Source: a virus
Lineage: Duplodnaviria; Heunggongvirae; Uroviricota; Caudoviricetes
Strand: one strand, 5' to 3'
Virus record (IMG/VR): IMGVR_UViG_3300028840_001168
Coordinates: 1 to 64,000 of that record
DNA: 64,000 nucleotides
In this document: piece after piece, positions 25,207 to 35,600 of the stretch
How positions within the stretch are numbered: the stretch's first letter is position 1
Layout of the letters: each line of letters starts with the position of its first letter
The notes under the pieces: model-generated
Told to the model about the DNA's origin: nothing
What the model saw: only the letters and a program-made list of their open reading frames with translations
Databases searched by the model: none
Translations under genes and position numbers: made by a program

Positions 25207-28161
25207 TTAGGTGGGAGGCGTACCGCCGACGACCTGGGATTGACCCAACTCAGCGGTGTCGTTAGGCTGAGCATCTTCCGGCGGCACGACCGGGTCGGCA
25301 ACCGGGGCGCACGGCTGGCCAGTGGTCTCGTCCACAGCCCGCCCCTGTACGACTTTCCAGTTCGTCAACACTGCGGTTTCCTGGCAGGCCCAGACGCCGT
25401 CGATACGTTTCGACTGGCTGCCGTAGTAGTCGCCTAACATGGACGCACCCCAGGCCGCACCGAACGTGTGGCAGATGACCCAGGACGGGCCGGTACAGGA
25501 CGGGCAACCGCCCAGGCACTCACACGGGCCGCCACACGGCGGGCAGCCAGGGTCGTCACAGCTCTGACCCTGCCGCGTACTTCGGTGCCAGGTTATGTTG
25601 ATCTTGTAACCGCAGCCGCCTCCGGCCGGGTAGCCGCACTGCTGGTCCTCGGAGTCCTTCCCAGAACTTCCGCCCCCGCCCCCGCCTTGGGCCTGATCCA
25701 TTGCCTCGCGGGCGGACGACTGGGCAACTTGTAGAGCTACGATCTCGGGAGGCGTCTCGTCGAAGTCGATCAGGTCAGAGACCAGGCATGTTACGACCGG
25801 GGCTACATCGTCGATGTCACTGGGGTTACGGTCGCCGGTCGTTATCACGAGCTGATCCTCGTTGTCAGAGCCGCCGAGCAGTACGTGGTCGACCGGCGGT
25901 GTGACCTCGAAGTTGTAACCAGCCCCGCCGTTGGTGTCCCCTGCCAGTGGCCATATAGCGGTGGCCGACTGGGCAGCAGGCCAGGCCCAGTAGTAGGGCT
26001 CTGTCTCACCGGCCCGGATGGGTGTCCAGGCAACGACGTGGACCAGGTTCTGCCCTGGCTGGTAACGTGCTAACTCAACGATGCACTTCACCGGGGTGGA
26101 TGAGAACTGGGCCACATTCACGGTGATCGCGTCGTTCACATCCAGGTCAATGTGCTTGATCGGGAGGTCAAACTCCAGCTTCTTCCACGAGCATGACTTG
26201 CGAATCAACCAGAAGGTGGATGATTTTAAGATCGTGCTGTAGGAATTCTGGGTGTAGTAGTCCCAGTCTTCGATTGAGGTTCCATACTTCTTGACGTTGT
26301 ATTTCAAATGGATCTTGAAGTCCACCGGGTCCTCGTATCGAATCCGGGCGTACGCAGCCCGCCAGGTAATCTTGTGTGTGGTGATGATGTCATCAGTCTC
26401 ACTGAGCGACTCTCTGAAGCTACCGAGGATAATGTCATCCTCACTGATAGTTCGCACCGAGGTTGGCTCTACCGATAGGTAAGTCAGGTACACTACATCG
26501 TTGCGGATGTAGACTGAGCACCTACTCTGATAAGCCAAGTCCTGGATTAACTGGTAGACAGGCTTTCGATCCAGCAGTGCGAAGTTGCACGGGTACGCCG
26601 TGGTCGCTGCTTTCACAGCCGCGAAGGATGTGGCGTCCACCGACAGATCGGTGTACTTCTCGACCAGCCACTGGATGCAGTCGGCCACGTTCGGACCCAG
26701 AGTTGAGGTCATCGACACGTAGATATCGTCGTCAAACTCTTCGTTGATCAGTGACAGCTTCTTGTCAAACCCGATCTCTACAACCTGGTACCCTTCGTAG
26801 TCGGTCTCATAGACCGTGTAGTACGAGGCAGGAACTTCCACCAGGATCTTCTTCCCGTTGGATAGCGTACGGTAGGCTGCGACCTTGTCCACAGTAGCTG
26901 GCATCAAACTGGCGACGAACAAGTGCTCGGACTCGCCTTCCATGAACACCTCAGTTCCAGCGGCCATCCAGAAGAAGTCGCTGGACTCCATATCTTCATA
27001 GGCTTTCCATGACTCGCTCGGGCCGCCAGCAGAGGCCAAGGTACGCACCAGGGCTGCATCGCAATCCTGGAGTGCTTGCTCGGTGGTGCCGCCGTACTTG
27101 TATGAGGTGTTGTCCCCGCCGATGTCATTCGTAGCTCTAGACCAGTTATTTGTGACGCGACCGGCCACGTTTCCGTAGTATCTATCTCGAATGTTTCGAC
27201 ACTGAACGTGGTTAAAGGTGTCGTACTCTGGATGCTTTCGGTCCATCACCGAGAACGTGTTGCCGCTAAAGGTGCCCTTGAACTCTGCACCGTCTATCCA
27301 GATGGTGACGACCTCTCCCTGTGGGAAGTTGATACCATTGTAGATGGATAGCGTATCATTCTCGTAAGCCAGTTGCTTTTCCAGCAGATCCTTCAACATA
27401 CAAATCTCGCCGAAGCGTCGGTTCACACACTCCATCGACGGGCTTGAGTACACCTCTTTCGACTCAGTCCACTCGTTGTTCGGACCCATCGAGTACGACG
27501 AGTGCTCCCCTGCGTTAGCTGCCGGGCACTGGATGTTCTTCGCCTGGCAGATCCTGGGGTGCAGGGTGAAATCGTGGATACCTTCACCCGCTAACAAATA
27601 ACCACGGCGTGCCGCCCGGATCTGAACTGCGGGCACATGGCACACCTGTCCAAACACGAGCGGCCACGCCTTTCCCAGCGCCTCCTCTGGGATGTTCGGG
27701 AAGTCACCCTCTTCCATCGAGAAGCCGGCCTCGGTTTCTTCGAGCTTGGAGAGTAACGTGAATGATAGAGATCGCTTGCCTTCATCCCACTCAAATGGAG
27801 TGACTATCTCACCTTTGAAGAGCAGGGTCTTGTCGGCCAGGTTCAATCCCTTGTACGTGAGGTAGACTTTGGCTGGACGCTTGTGGACATCTTTGCTTAG
27901 GTAGATTTCCTTCAGCTTACCGTCTACATCATCCAGCGTAAGGTTGAGGGTGAGTGAGTCGGAGGCCCCGGACAGCATCATGGAGGTATCGAAACCGCCC
28001 ATGTCCAGGATGGTGGGATGTGGGTAGTTCTTGCCATCTATCTTCTGGTCGGAGTACATGATGGGGTGGCCATCAGCCCACTCAATCTCTACCAGGAGAA
28101 TCGGCTCTGTGCCAAGGTTCTGGTCCAGCTTGGCTTGTAGTGGAGGCGTTACAGTACGCAT
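25207..28161 (-). CDS. large tail fibre or host-specificity protein (984 aa) with a Gly/Cys-rich C-terminal domain
   Basis: It is the last large gene of the tail module. The C-terminal 150 aa are GGGGGGSSG...CGYPAGGGCGY...CPPCGGPCECLGGCPSC. No catalytic motif was recognised. Confidence 0.5.
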   Translation of the reverse strand: MRTVTPPLQAKLDQNLGTEPILLVEIEWADGHPIMYSDQKIDGKNYPHPTILDMGGFDTSMMLSGASDSLTLNLTLDDVDGKLKEIYLSKDVHKRPAKVYLTYKGLNLADKTLLFKGEIVTPFEWDEGKRSLSFTLLSKLEETEAGFSMEEGDFPNIPEEALGKAWPLVFGQVCHVPAVQIRAARRGYLLAGEGIHDFTLHPRICQAKNIQCPAANAGEHSSYSMGPNNEWTESKEVYSSPSMECVNRRFGEICMLKDLLEKQLAYENDTLSIYNGINFPQGEVVTIWIDGAEFKGTFSGNTFSVMDRKHPEYDTFNHVQCRNIRDRYYGNVAGRVTNNWSRATNDIGGDNTSYKYGGTTEQALQDCDAALVRTLASAGGPSESWKAYEDMESSDFFWMAAGTEVFMEGESEHLFVASLMPATVDKVAAYRTLSNGKKILVEVPASYYTVYETDYEGYQVVEIGFDKKLSLINEEFDDDIYVSMTSTLGPNVADCIQWLVEKYTDLSVDATSFAAVKAATTAYPCNFALLDRKPVYQLIQDLAYQSRCSVYIRNDVVYLTYLSVEPTSVRTISEDDIILGSFRESLSETDDIITTHKITWRAAYARIRYEDPVDFKIHLKYNVKKYGTSIEDWDYYTQNSYSTILKSSTFWLIRKSCSWKKLEFDLPIKHIDLDVNDAITVNVAQFSSTPVKCIVELARYQPGQNLVHVVAWTPIRAGETEPYYWAWPAAQSATAIWPLAGDTNGGAGYNFEVTPPVDHVLLGGSDNEDQLVITTGDRNPSDIDDVAPVVTCLVSDLIDFDETPPEIVALQVAQSSAREAMDQAQGGGGGGSSGKDSEDQQCGYPAGGGCGYKINITWHRSTRQGQSCDDPGCPPCGGPCECLGGCPSCTGPSWVICHTFGAAWGASMLGDYYGSQSKRIDGVWACQETAVLTNWKVVQGRAVDETTGQPCAPVADPVVPPEDAQPNDTAELGQSQVVGGTPPT

Positions 28162-28541
28162 TATCTTTCCTCGAACTCAAGGGTGACTGTGGCGAGTTCC
28201 TCCCCTGGCCAGCCAGCGGCACGGGATTCCCCGGTGAACTCGAATGGGTTGTTCTTCAGATATCCAACCCAGTTGACGCCATTGTGGTCTGTGACCTGCA
28301 CCAGTCCGCTACAGTAAAGGTCGATGAACTCCCGCAATTCCATTGCCTTGTGGCGAGCCAGTCTGAAGTCCCACTTCAGTTTCTGGAGACCGTCCCGGCT
28401 GGTCACGTATGTGTAGCGGGTGCCGTTCATGGACCGCACGGTTTTGACAGTAGCCTTCAGGGCCTCCTGGTCACTGAACCGTGGGCTCGGCAGGAGGGTG
28501 GTGGTCTGTAGAGCTGGGTAAGGGGCGCGAAGCACGAACAT
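28161..28541 (-). CDS. hypothetical tail-module protein (126 aa)
   Basis: Start at MFVLRAPYP, an ATGA overlap with the upstream gene. The longer track ORF start would overlap its neighbour by 79 nt. Confidence 0.45.
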   Translation of the reverse strand: MFVLRAPYPALQTTTLLPSPRFSDQEALKATVKTVRSMNGTRYTYVTSRDGLQKLKWDFRLARHKAMELREFIDLYCSGLVQVTDHNGVNWVGYLKNNPFEFTGESRAAGWPGEELATVTLEFEER

Positions 28542-30010
28542 TACGGAGACTCCACTGTGGCTGAGGCTGTCGAGATAAAGCCCAGGTTCTGCCCTGCCGG
28601 TGGGTCCGGCGTGGGCCACGAGCCGCCCAGGGCCTGGGTGAGGCCAAGGTCGCTGTTCGCCCCCGGATCGAAGTCGTGAGGAGCCGTGTCACTGACACCG
28701 AGGTCGTGACCCGGGCTGAAGCCCTCGATGATCTCACCCTCGAACTGGAACGTGATGGTCCAACGCTCTTTACCATCCTGGACTGCCGGCTGCTCTGGGT
28801 CGATGACGACGCCTTCCCACTCGTAACCTTCCCAGTCGGTGATGCCGATGAGTTGACCCAGATGATTGTAGAACAGGGACTGAACCTCGTCTACCTCGGT
28901 CTTTGTCAGGCCGGTGATCGTCACGGCCATTGTCCGTACCTGCGGCCAGGTGGGGTCGGCGTACACGATTAACTGGCCGCCACGGGTTTCACGGTTTACT
29001 CGCGTATAGGCGTTACGATCGCGGTTACCGAACTGCGGGGCTCGGATGGACACGGTTGTGGACCGGGCTCCTCTGGCCGGGTAGTAGAGTAGGAACCGAT
29101 CGGAGGTAGACCCCGGGCTGGTACTGTACTGAGGACTGGTCAACGTGGCCGGTGGGGTATTGGCCGAGCCTTCACCAATGAATGGGGTGTAGTTCTTTCG
29201 GTTGCAGGGTGAGTCCTCGAAGTACGTCAGGGCGTGGTCGATGCCCAGGTCCTGGGCGATCGTGCGGCGTAGCGTGCCGTTCGGCACAACCACCTGCGTG
29301 AAGGTGATTGTCTGAGTCTGGACGCCAGGTGACCGACCACCCACAGCCGTCTGTGTGAGGTTCATGGTCTGTGCGATGAACGACATGTAGGCGTTATCGG
29401 ACAGGTTCATCGTGTCCGTCACATGCTGGGTTGGTAGTGGGACACGGGCGTCATCAACGATGGCCAAGGTTTGGGTGACCCGTAGGTTGTGGCAGGTATT
29501 ACGGGCCAGGTCTGTTAAGAATATCCTATGGTTTACGATCTGGAGTATTGGGCCTCGAACGTCAACGGATTGCGTGAGTCCTAGATCCTGCTCTACCGTC
29601 TTGAACCCACCCGCTGCCGCTACCTGTGTGAAGACAATCGTGTTCTCTGGGGTGACCCGGTCGGCAACAAAGTTGAAATTGATCACATTCTGTGTCAATG
29701 TCATATTGTCGTTGACCGACACTTCAGCAGTCTTCAGGATCTGCTGAGTGAGGTTCATCGTCGAGGACGCGGAGGCCGCTATGGTCATGGCATAAGCGGC
29801 AGCGTCAGATATACCCAGGTCTTGGGCTACACTCTGCGGGAGCGGTTCGCTAGTAGCCGTACTGACAAAGCTGATCGTACTGCTGGCACTCTCTTCGATG
29901 TCACCGGCAGCGGCCTCGCCGAGAACTTCGACGTACTGCCTGCCACACGACAGGTTACCAGATGTCTCGCCAAAGACATCTACATACTGCTGGGTTACTC
30001 GGATAGCCAT
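28541..30010 (-). CDS. tail or baseplate protein (489 aa) with repeated MNLTQ/LTQ motifs
   Basis: ORF-track ORF with repetitive Thr/Gln-rich segments, located in the tail module. Confidence 0.45.
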   Translation of the reverse strand: MAIRVTQQYVDVFGETSGNLSCGRQYVEVLGEAAAGDIEESASSTISFVSTATSEPLPQSVAQDLGISDAAAYAMTIAASASSTMNLTQQILKTAEVSVNDNMTLTQNVINFNFVADRVTPENTIVFTQVAAAGGFKTVEQDLGLTQSVDVRGPILQIVNHRIFLTDLARNTCHNLRVTQTLAIVDDARVPLPTQHVTDTMNLSDNAYMSFIAQTMNLTQTAVGGRSPGVQTQTITFTQVVVPNGTLRRTIAQDLGIDHALTYFEDSPCNRKNYTPFIGEGSANTPPATLTSPQYSTSPGSTSDRFLLYYPARGARSTTVSIRAPQFGNRDRNAYTRVNRETRGGQLIVYADPTWPQVRTMAVTITGLTKTEVDEVQSLFYNHLGQLIGITDWEGYEWEGVVIDPEQPAVQDGKERWTITFQFEGEIIEGFSPGHDLGVSDTAPHDFDPGANSDLGLTQALGGSWPTPDPPAGQNLGFISTASATVESP

Positions 30011-31038
30011 TAGATGTACTTAATTCCGAACTTGGCGGCGTTGACTGTGGTGGGAGTCCACGCTGCGGAGGCGTTTGGGTCCTGCTCCGAGACAAAGGAG
30101 TAGTTAATAAAGGACGTTGAGGAGAACGAGTTGCCTGATTGAGCCTCAGTGCCACTTGAGTCAATCACAGTATTGACAGTCTCACTCACCCCAGTGTTCG
30201 TGCGGGCCATAGTGTTGACATGCAGGCCCTTGACGGTTGTGATACTGCTCAGGTTATCGTAGGTATACATATCCTGAGCGTTGGCGGTATTGTCTTGCAC
30301 GTACGAGGTATTGTCATCAGACTCGGCCTCGTCGACATTGTCACTGTGGGTCGCACTCGGGGACGACGTTACCCAGCCGGCTGAGTCAGTGCCGTCAGGC
30401 CGCAGACACTCAACGATCCCGTTACCCAGGAAGTCGTTGTTGTCGGAACCACTACCGTCGCACACATAGACATCGTCGATGAATGCGTAGGCCCCGGTGT
30501 TGTCTTTGAAGTTGATCTGGTTCAGGTAATTGTAAGCGGTGTGTTGTGTGTCGACCCCGGTCAAATTCAGAACGGTGTTGCCACCCACCCTTACCTCGAC
30601 AGTGCCGGCGGAGTTATCTACATAGACTTTCCACTCGATCCAGTACCACTTGTCCTGCTTAAATGTGAAGCCACAGGTTCCCAGGACTCCCCCGGGTGCG
30701 GTTCTGATGTGCATACCGCCAGTACCATCTAAGTACAGTGTCATGCCCCACGACCCGTTTGCAAACAGGTTGCATAGATAGGCATTCCCCTGACCGGGGT
30801 ACTTGAATGCAAACCCTACGATGAGGGTTCTATCGGTCCCGAACGCCGGGGTGTGAAACCTGCCATTCGAGATGGCTATCTGCATACTACGACCGGAGCC
30901 GCCCCTGCCAGTTTCAATGTCAAAGAAACTTTCACTGACGACGGTTGGCCACTTGCGAGCGACCACATTTGCCGGTGCCGGTGCGTTTCCTATGGTTGTC
31001 CCAAAGGATTCAAAGCCTTCTAACCACAGTAATGCCAT
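30010..31038 (-). CDS. tail fibre-like protein, tandem paralogue B (343 aa)
   Basis: The N-terminus MALLWLEGFESFGT parallels MALLYIDGFESYGT of the upstream gene. Shared blocks include GFAF, VDGV..L.L.GVDT and a C-terminal TTVNAAKFGI. Start set by ATGA overlap. Confidence 0.5.
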   Translation of the reverse strand: MALLWLEGFESFGTTIGNAPAPANVVARKWPTVVSESFFDIETGRGGSGRSMQIAISNGRFHTPAFGTDRTLIVGFAFKYPGQGNAYLCNLFANGSWGMTLYLDGTGGMHIRTAPGGVLGTCGFTFKQDKWYWIEWKVYVDNSAGTVEVRVGGNTVLNLTGVDTQHTAYNYLNQINFKDNTGAYAFIDDVYVCDGSGSDNNDFLGNGIVECLRPDGTDSAGWVTSSPSATHSDNVDEAESDDNTSYVQDNTANAQDMYTYDNLSSITTVKGLHVNTMARTNTGVSETVNTVIDSSGTEAQSGNSFSSTSFINYSFVSEQDPNASAAWTPTTVNAAKFGIKYI

Positions 31039-32060
31039 TACACTGCCTCGATTCCAAACTTGGTGGCGTTCACTGCCGATTGAGTCCACGAATCCCCATC
31101 GGGATCTGTCTCGAACACTGTTACCCTACCATCCCAGTCAGTGGTACCAACTGCAATGTTGGCTGAGCACACTGTGTTGCCAGTGCTTTTCTCAATGTGC
31201 TTGAATTGGTAACTCTTACCGGCGGCCGTCTCCTTCACATCCGAGGTCACCTGGACTCCAACGATGTTGCCGGTGCCGGACAGGTCTGCATAGGTAAAGA
31301 TGTCCTGGTCAGTAGTGGTGTTGGTTGTGATGAAGTCATCGCCGTCGAATACGGCCTCGTCCACTTCGGAGTAGTGATTACCACCACCGTTGGCTGTCCA
31401 GTCCGTGGTATCATCGCCATCGGGTCGTATGGTGTATACAACCTTGTCGCCGAGGCTGTCGTTGTTCGTACTGCCTGAGGCATCACAGATGTACAAGTCG
31501 TCAAAGATGTAGTTGCCGGAGTTCAGACCACGCCTTAACTGGAACGCATTATGGTAGGCTGGGTTTGCACCTTCCAGCGTATCCACTCCACTAAGGTCTA
31601 ACTCCTTCACACCGTCTACCCATATTTCAACAGTGCCCGTGCTGTTATTGCACTTGGTCTTGATAATAATGTGGTGCCAGGTATTTACCGTTATCACACC
31701 CGTGTTGGCTGACGAGCCAAGCGCAGTTGAATTTCGTATGGCACCTATTGATCCATCGCTGGTACACACCGTTATACCAACCCCAAAGGATGTGGCATTC
31801 TTGAAGTAAAAGGGGTAGGTGGTGCTGGAGCCGAGGTTATTGGTGTAGAATGCAAACCCGGCTATGATGGTGTCATTGGTGGTGTCAATTTGTCTAAGGG
31901 CCCTGGCCACCGATGAGTCGAACGACAACCCATTACCATTGCGACCGGGTACCACAGAGATACCTGTTCCAGATACCAATGAGTATTTTGAGGCCAGATC
32001 AGTCTGGGTGGCGTTCACCGTGCCGTACGACTCAAAGCCGTCGATGTAGAGAAGAGCCAT
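31038..32060 (-). CDS. tail fibre-like protein, tandem paralogue A (340 aa)
   Basis: See paralogue B. Its C-terminus AVNATKFGIEAV parallels TVNAAKFGIKYI in paralogue B. Confidence 0.5.
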   Translation of the reverse strand: MALLYIDGFESYGTVNATQTDLASKYSLVSGTGISVVPGRNGNGLSFDSSVARALRQIDTTNDTIIAGFAFYTNNLGSSTTYPFYFKNATSFGVGITVCTSDGSIGAIRNSTALGSSANTGVITVNTWHHIIIKTKCNNSTGTVEIWVDGVKELDLSGVDTLEGANPAYHNAFQLRRGLNSGNYIFDDLYICDASGSTNNDSLGDKVVYTIRPDGDDTTDWTANGGGNHYSEVDEAVFDGDDFITTNTTTDQDIFTYADLSGTGNIVGVQVTSDVKETAAGKSYQFKHIEKSTGNTVCSANIAVGTTDWDGRVTVFETDPDGDSWTQSAVNATKFGIEAV

Positions 32061-32073
32061 CGTAGTCTCCAGA

Positions 32074-32101
32074 AGCCGGGGCGGGACTAGCCCCGCCCCG
32101 G
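32074..32101 (-). terminator. strong GC hairpin between tail genes (attenuator or terminator-like)
   Basis: gccggggcggg-actag/c-cccgccccggc has an 11-bp perfect stem. It lies between the stop of 32118-32612 and the start of 31038-32060. No U-tract. Confidence 0.4.
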
Positions 32102-32117
32102 CAAAGCCTGCTAACGC

Positions 32118-32612
32118 TTAGCCACTCACCGTGTAAGTGACCTTGAGGGTGTCGCCGTTCTGCACGGCCACGACGGAGCTGAACGCAGCCGTCGACCAGA
32201 GCGTACCCGTGTTACCGGTGCTCTTGACGTTGTTGCTCGACACGAAGATGCCGTACACGTTGTTGTTGACGTTGATCGAGAAGTCGGCCGTGGTCGAGTT
32301 GGTGATCGACCGGCTGGAGGCCGCATCCTCTGCCCACGTCACTCGGTTGGCTTCGGTGTAGGACGTCAACTCCGACCAGCCAGCGTGGCTGGACAGGGTG
32401 TCGCTGTCGGACAGTACCGGGCCACCGGAATTGTCGATCAGGCCGATGTACCAGGTTGTGACCTGGCTGGAGCCGTGGAACTGGGTGTCGAGGATGTGAT
32501 TCATCCCCTCGTCCACGATACCGTTCGGGAAGTTGTACGAACCCTTCAGTTCACCGTCAGCGTCACGGTGCTCGATCTTGAAAGCGCCTCTGAGTCTCAT
32601 CTTGTCGTCCAT
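32118..32612 (-). CDS. hypothetical tail-module protein (164 aa)
   Basis: ORF-track ORF immediately downstream of the tape measure gene. Confidence 0.45.
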   Translation of the reverse strand: MDDKMRLRGAFKIEHRDADGELKGSYNFPNGIVDEGMNHILDTQFHGSSQVTTWYIGLIDNSGGPVLSDSDTLSSHAGWSELTSYTEANRVTWAEDAASSRSITNSTTADFSINVNNNVYGIFVSSNNVKSTGNTGTLWSTAAFSSVVAVQNGDTLKVTYTVSG

Positions 32613-32621
32613 TAGGATCTC

Positions 32622-35600
32622 CTAGTTGAGTTTAACAACCCCACGACGGATATCTCGTCGAAGGGCATTGCCTATCTCGCGCACCGTTTGCTGCGAGGTG
32701 TCACCGCCTTGTACCGTGATATTGATGTCACCTACATTAGTGACCTCACCACCCTGCTCACGGAAGACAGGCTGGCCGCCGTTGTTCATAGCGTTTAGCT
32801 CCGAGAAGAAGGACTTTGTTGCCTTTGAGTTCACGACGAACTCACCAGGTGCCAACATTGCGTTTATCGTATCTTGGCCTTGTGTCTGACCACCGCTGGC
32901 GAGGTAGTCGATTCGGCCTCCGTGGAAAGCAGTAGCCGAGGCCGCAGCGGCGCGAGCCTGGGCAATAGCTTGGATGGCCTGCACGGCAGCCTGGGCTGCT
33001 CGTTGCGTGGCCGCAGCGACCTGGTTCCAACCCGACACCAAGGTGCCGGTGACACCGGCCGAGCTTTGCATGGCCGAGTTGAACTGGCCAGCACTCTGTG
33101 CAGACTGCTGTGTTGCCTGAGACACCTGAGACATAGCCTCACTGGTAGACCTGGTGTTTTGGGCAATGTCTTGCAGCAGAGTATTGTTAGCATTCAGTGC
33201 CGCCTGATCCATCAAAGTCTGCTGTTCCTGGATCAAATTCGCAGCGGAGACATAATCCCGTACGGCTGCCTCCATCTGGCTTAGGGCAGCTTTGGCCTGC
33301 GTACTGGCGTGCTCCAGGGAGAAGAACTTCTCAGCCTGCTGCCTGAGGGCCTCCAGCTTCTGTTGATCCAGGGGCTGTCCGGCTTGGATCAGGGCGTTGA
33401 TTTCCTGGTAACCAGCCGCCAGGTCCCGTAGAGCTGGTAGTGTCTGGGCTTCTAATGGTCCACCTGCTACGCCAAAGATCCCAGGGCTGGCTGTGCGGTT
33501 CAGTTGCTCCAGGGCGATAGCGGCCTTCTGGGTGTTGGCCGCTTGCTGGATTTCGGCGTCACCCAGGGCCTGAGCAGCGTTCTGTGCTTGCTGCCGTAGC
33601 TCGATGGTCTCCTTCAAAGCCTGGTTGATGAACGCCGCATCACCCTCAAGGGCTTTCTGCGGCCGTCCAAGCTGGGCCTCGGCTGAGTCAATCGCAGCCT
33701 GGCCTCCAGGAACCTGGGCTCGGAGGTCGACCTTGACCTGGGCCAGCCGATTCTGTAGGTCCTCGATCGTGGCGGTCCAGTCGATGCTGACTTGGTCCAG
33801 AGCCTCGTCTACCTGCTTACCAACTTCGGCCGCCGCGTTCGGGATGTTCAAGGAATCCATGAACTTCCCAGCGTCGGCTGTCACATCCAGGCTGTCTAGC
33901 TCCTCGACAGCTTTGTTAATCTCGTTGAGAAGCTCAGTCTGCGCAGCCGGGTCGAGAGCCCGCTCCAGGTCAGAGTACAGGGACACCAACCGCTTGCCAA
34001 TCTCCTCGCGCTCAGCCGCGATCTCGGTGAGCTTCTGCTCGGCCTTGGTGGCGATGTCGTAATAGGACTCGGCCCGTGCGGCGTACCGCTCTAGCGAGTC
34101 TGCCTGGAACTTCAGGCTCTCGTCGATGAGGGTGTTGACGCTACGCATCTGGCGGGTGAGGTTGTTGGACTCGGCCAGCTTGTTCGCCCGCTCAGCCTCA
34201 GCTCGCCCAGCCTTGAACAGCTCGTCAGCCAGCTCCTTCTGTTCCTTGGTCGTCGCCTGATCAAGCTGCTTCCTGGCCTTGGCAAAGTTCTCGGCCGCCC
34301 GGTTGAAGAGCTGTGAGAACTGACGCTCGGCAGACAGGCCCTCAAGGCCGCGATCGAATTGACGCTGCTCCAGCTCCTGCCTGAGCCCCTTGGCCTGTGC
34401 CCTGGCACCCTTGATCTGGTCAGCGGCGTTCTTAACGAAGTCCGACAACCCAGCGAACGAGTTCCTGAAGTCCTCGTTCAAGCCCTTGAATGCTTCACCG
34501 ATACTGGCCTTCAGCCGCTTCGACTGACCCAGGGCGTCATCCACGGCGGCGTTCCACGCCTGGTTTACTTGAGCCAGGGCCTGCCGCGTACCCTCGACCT
34601 GCTTGTTCAGCTCGTCGGTCAGGGACTTGGTGTTCTCTTTGTGCCCCTCCTGGATGGCCTTGTTGGTGGCCTCATTGATGGCCGCAATCTTCTCGATCGA
34701 GACTGCGAACTCATTGTCGAAGCCATCGGTTAGAACCCGGACACCGGTAAGGAAGTTGGTCTTCAGCTTGTTCCAGGTGGTAGCTACACCAGTCAATGCC
34801 TCGCCGGTCTTGATCAGTGCGTTATTGTACTCGTTCTGAGCTTTAGTCAACTCGAACGCCGGGGCCCCGACGAACTCCGAGAACGCCTTGTTGGTGGCTC
34901 CGGTAGCTTCGCCGATCTCCTCAATGGTCTTCCTAAGCTCTTCACCATTGTCGGTCATCAAGCCCATCTGAGCACTGATGGCTCGGACTCGGTTGAAGAA
35001 CTGGGCCATCTCGGCGTCGTTGTTGTCGACTTCCAGAGCCAACTTCTTCAGTACGCCTTGCAGACCGCCGAAGGTCTTGATCGCGGTCGGGCCGTCCTCG
35101 ACACCCCACTTCCGGAACACGTCCTTGAGCTTGTCGGTCGGCTTAATGAGCTTCTGTACCACGGCCCGGAGCTGGGTCAGGGCGGTGTTGGCCTGGACAC
35201 CTTGTCGAGTCTGGACAGCAATCGCACCGGCCACTTCCTCGAACGAGATACCAAGCTTGGCCGTCAGCGGGGTCACGCGGCCCATGACATTGCCGATCTC
35301 TTCCAGTCGCAGACGGCCGAGTTCGACGGTCTTGAACAACTGGTCGGAGATCCGGCTTGCATCACCGGCTGACAGGTTGTACGAGTTGATGACCGAGGAC
35401 AGGGCATTGACCGCGTCCCGGGTCTCACTGGCCGTGGCTCGGGCGAGCTTCATGGCCTGGGTCAGGAACCTGAACGACTCTGAGGCATCGACCACCTGGT
35501 TCGACAAGGTCTGGTACAGACCTTCGGCCACGTCCGTTGCCGCCTGGCCAAAGGCGTCCGACAGCCTGAGAACCTGGGTAGACAACTCAGCTTGCGACCC

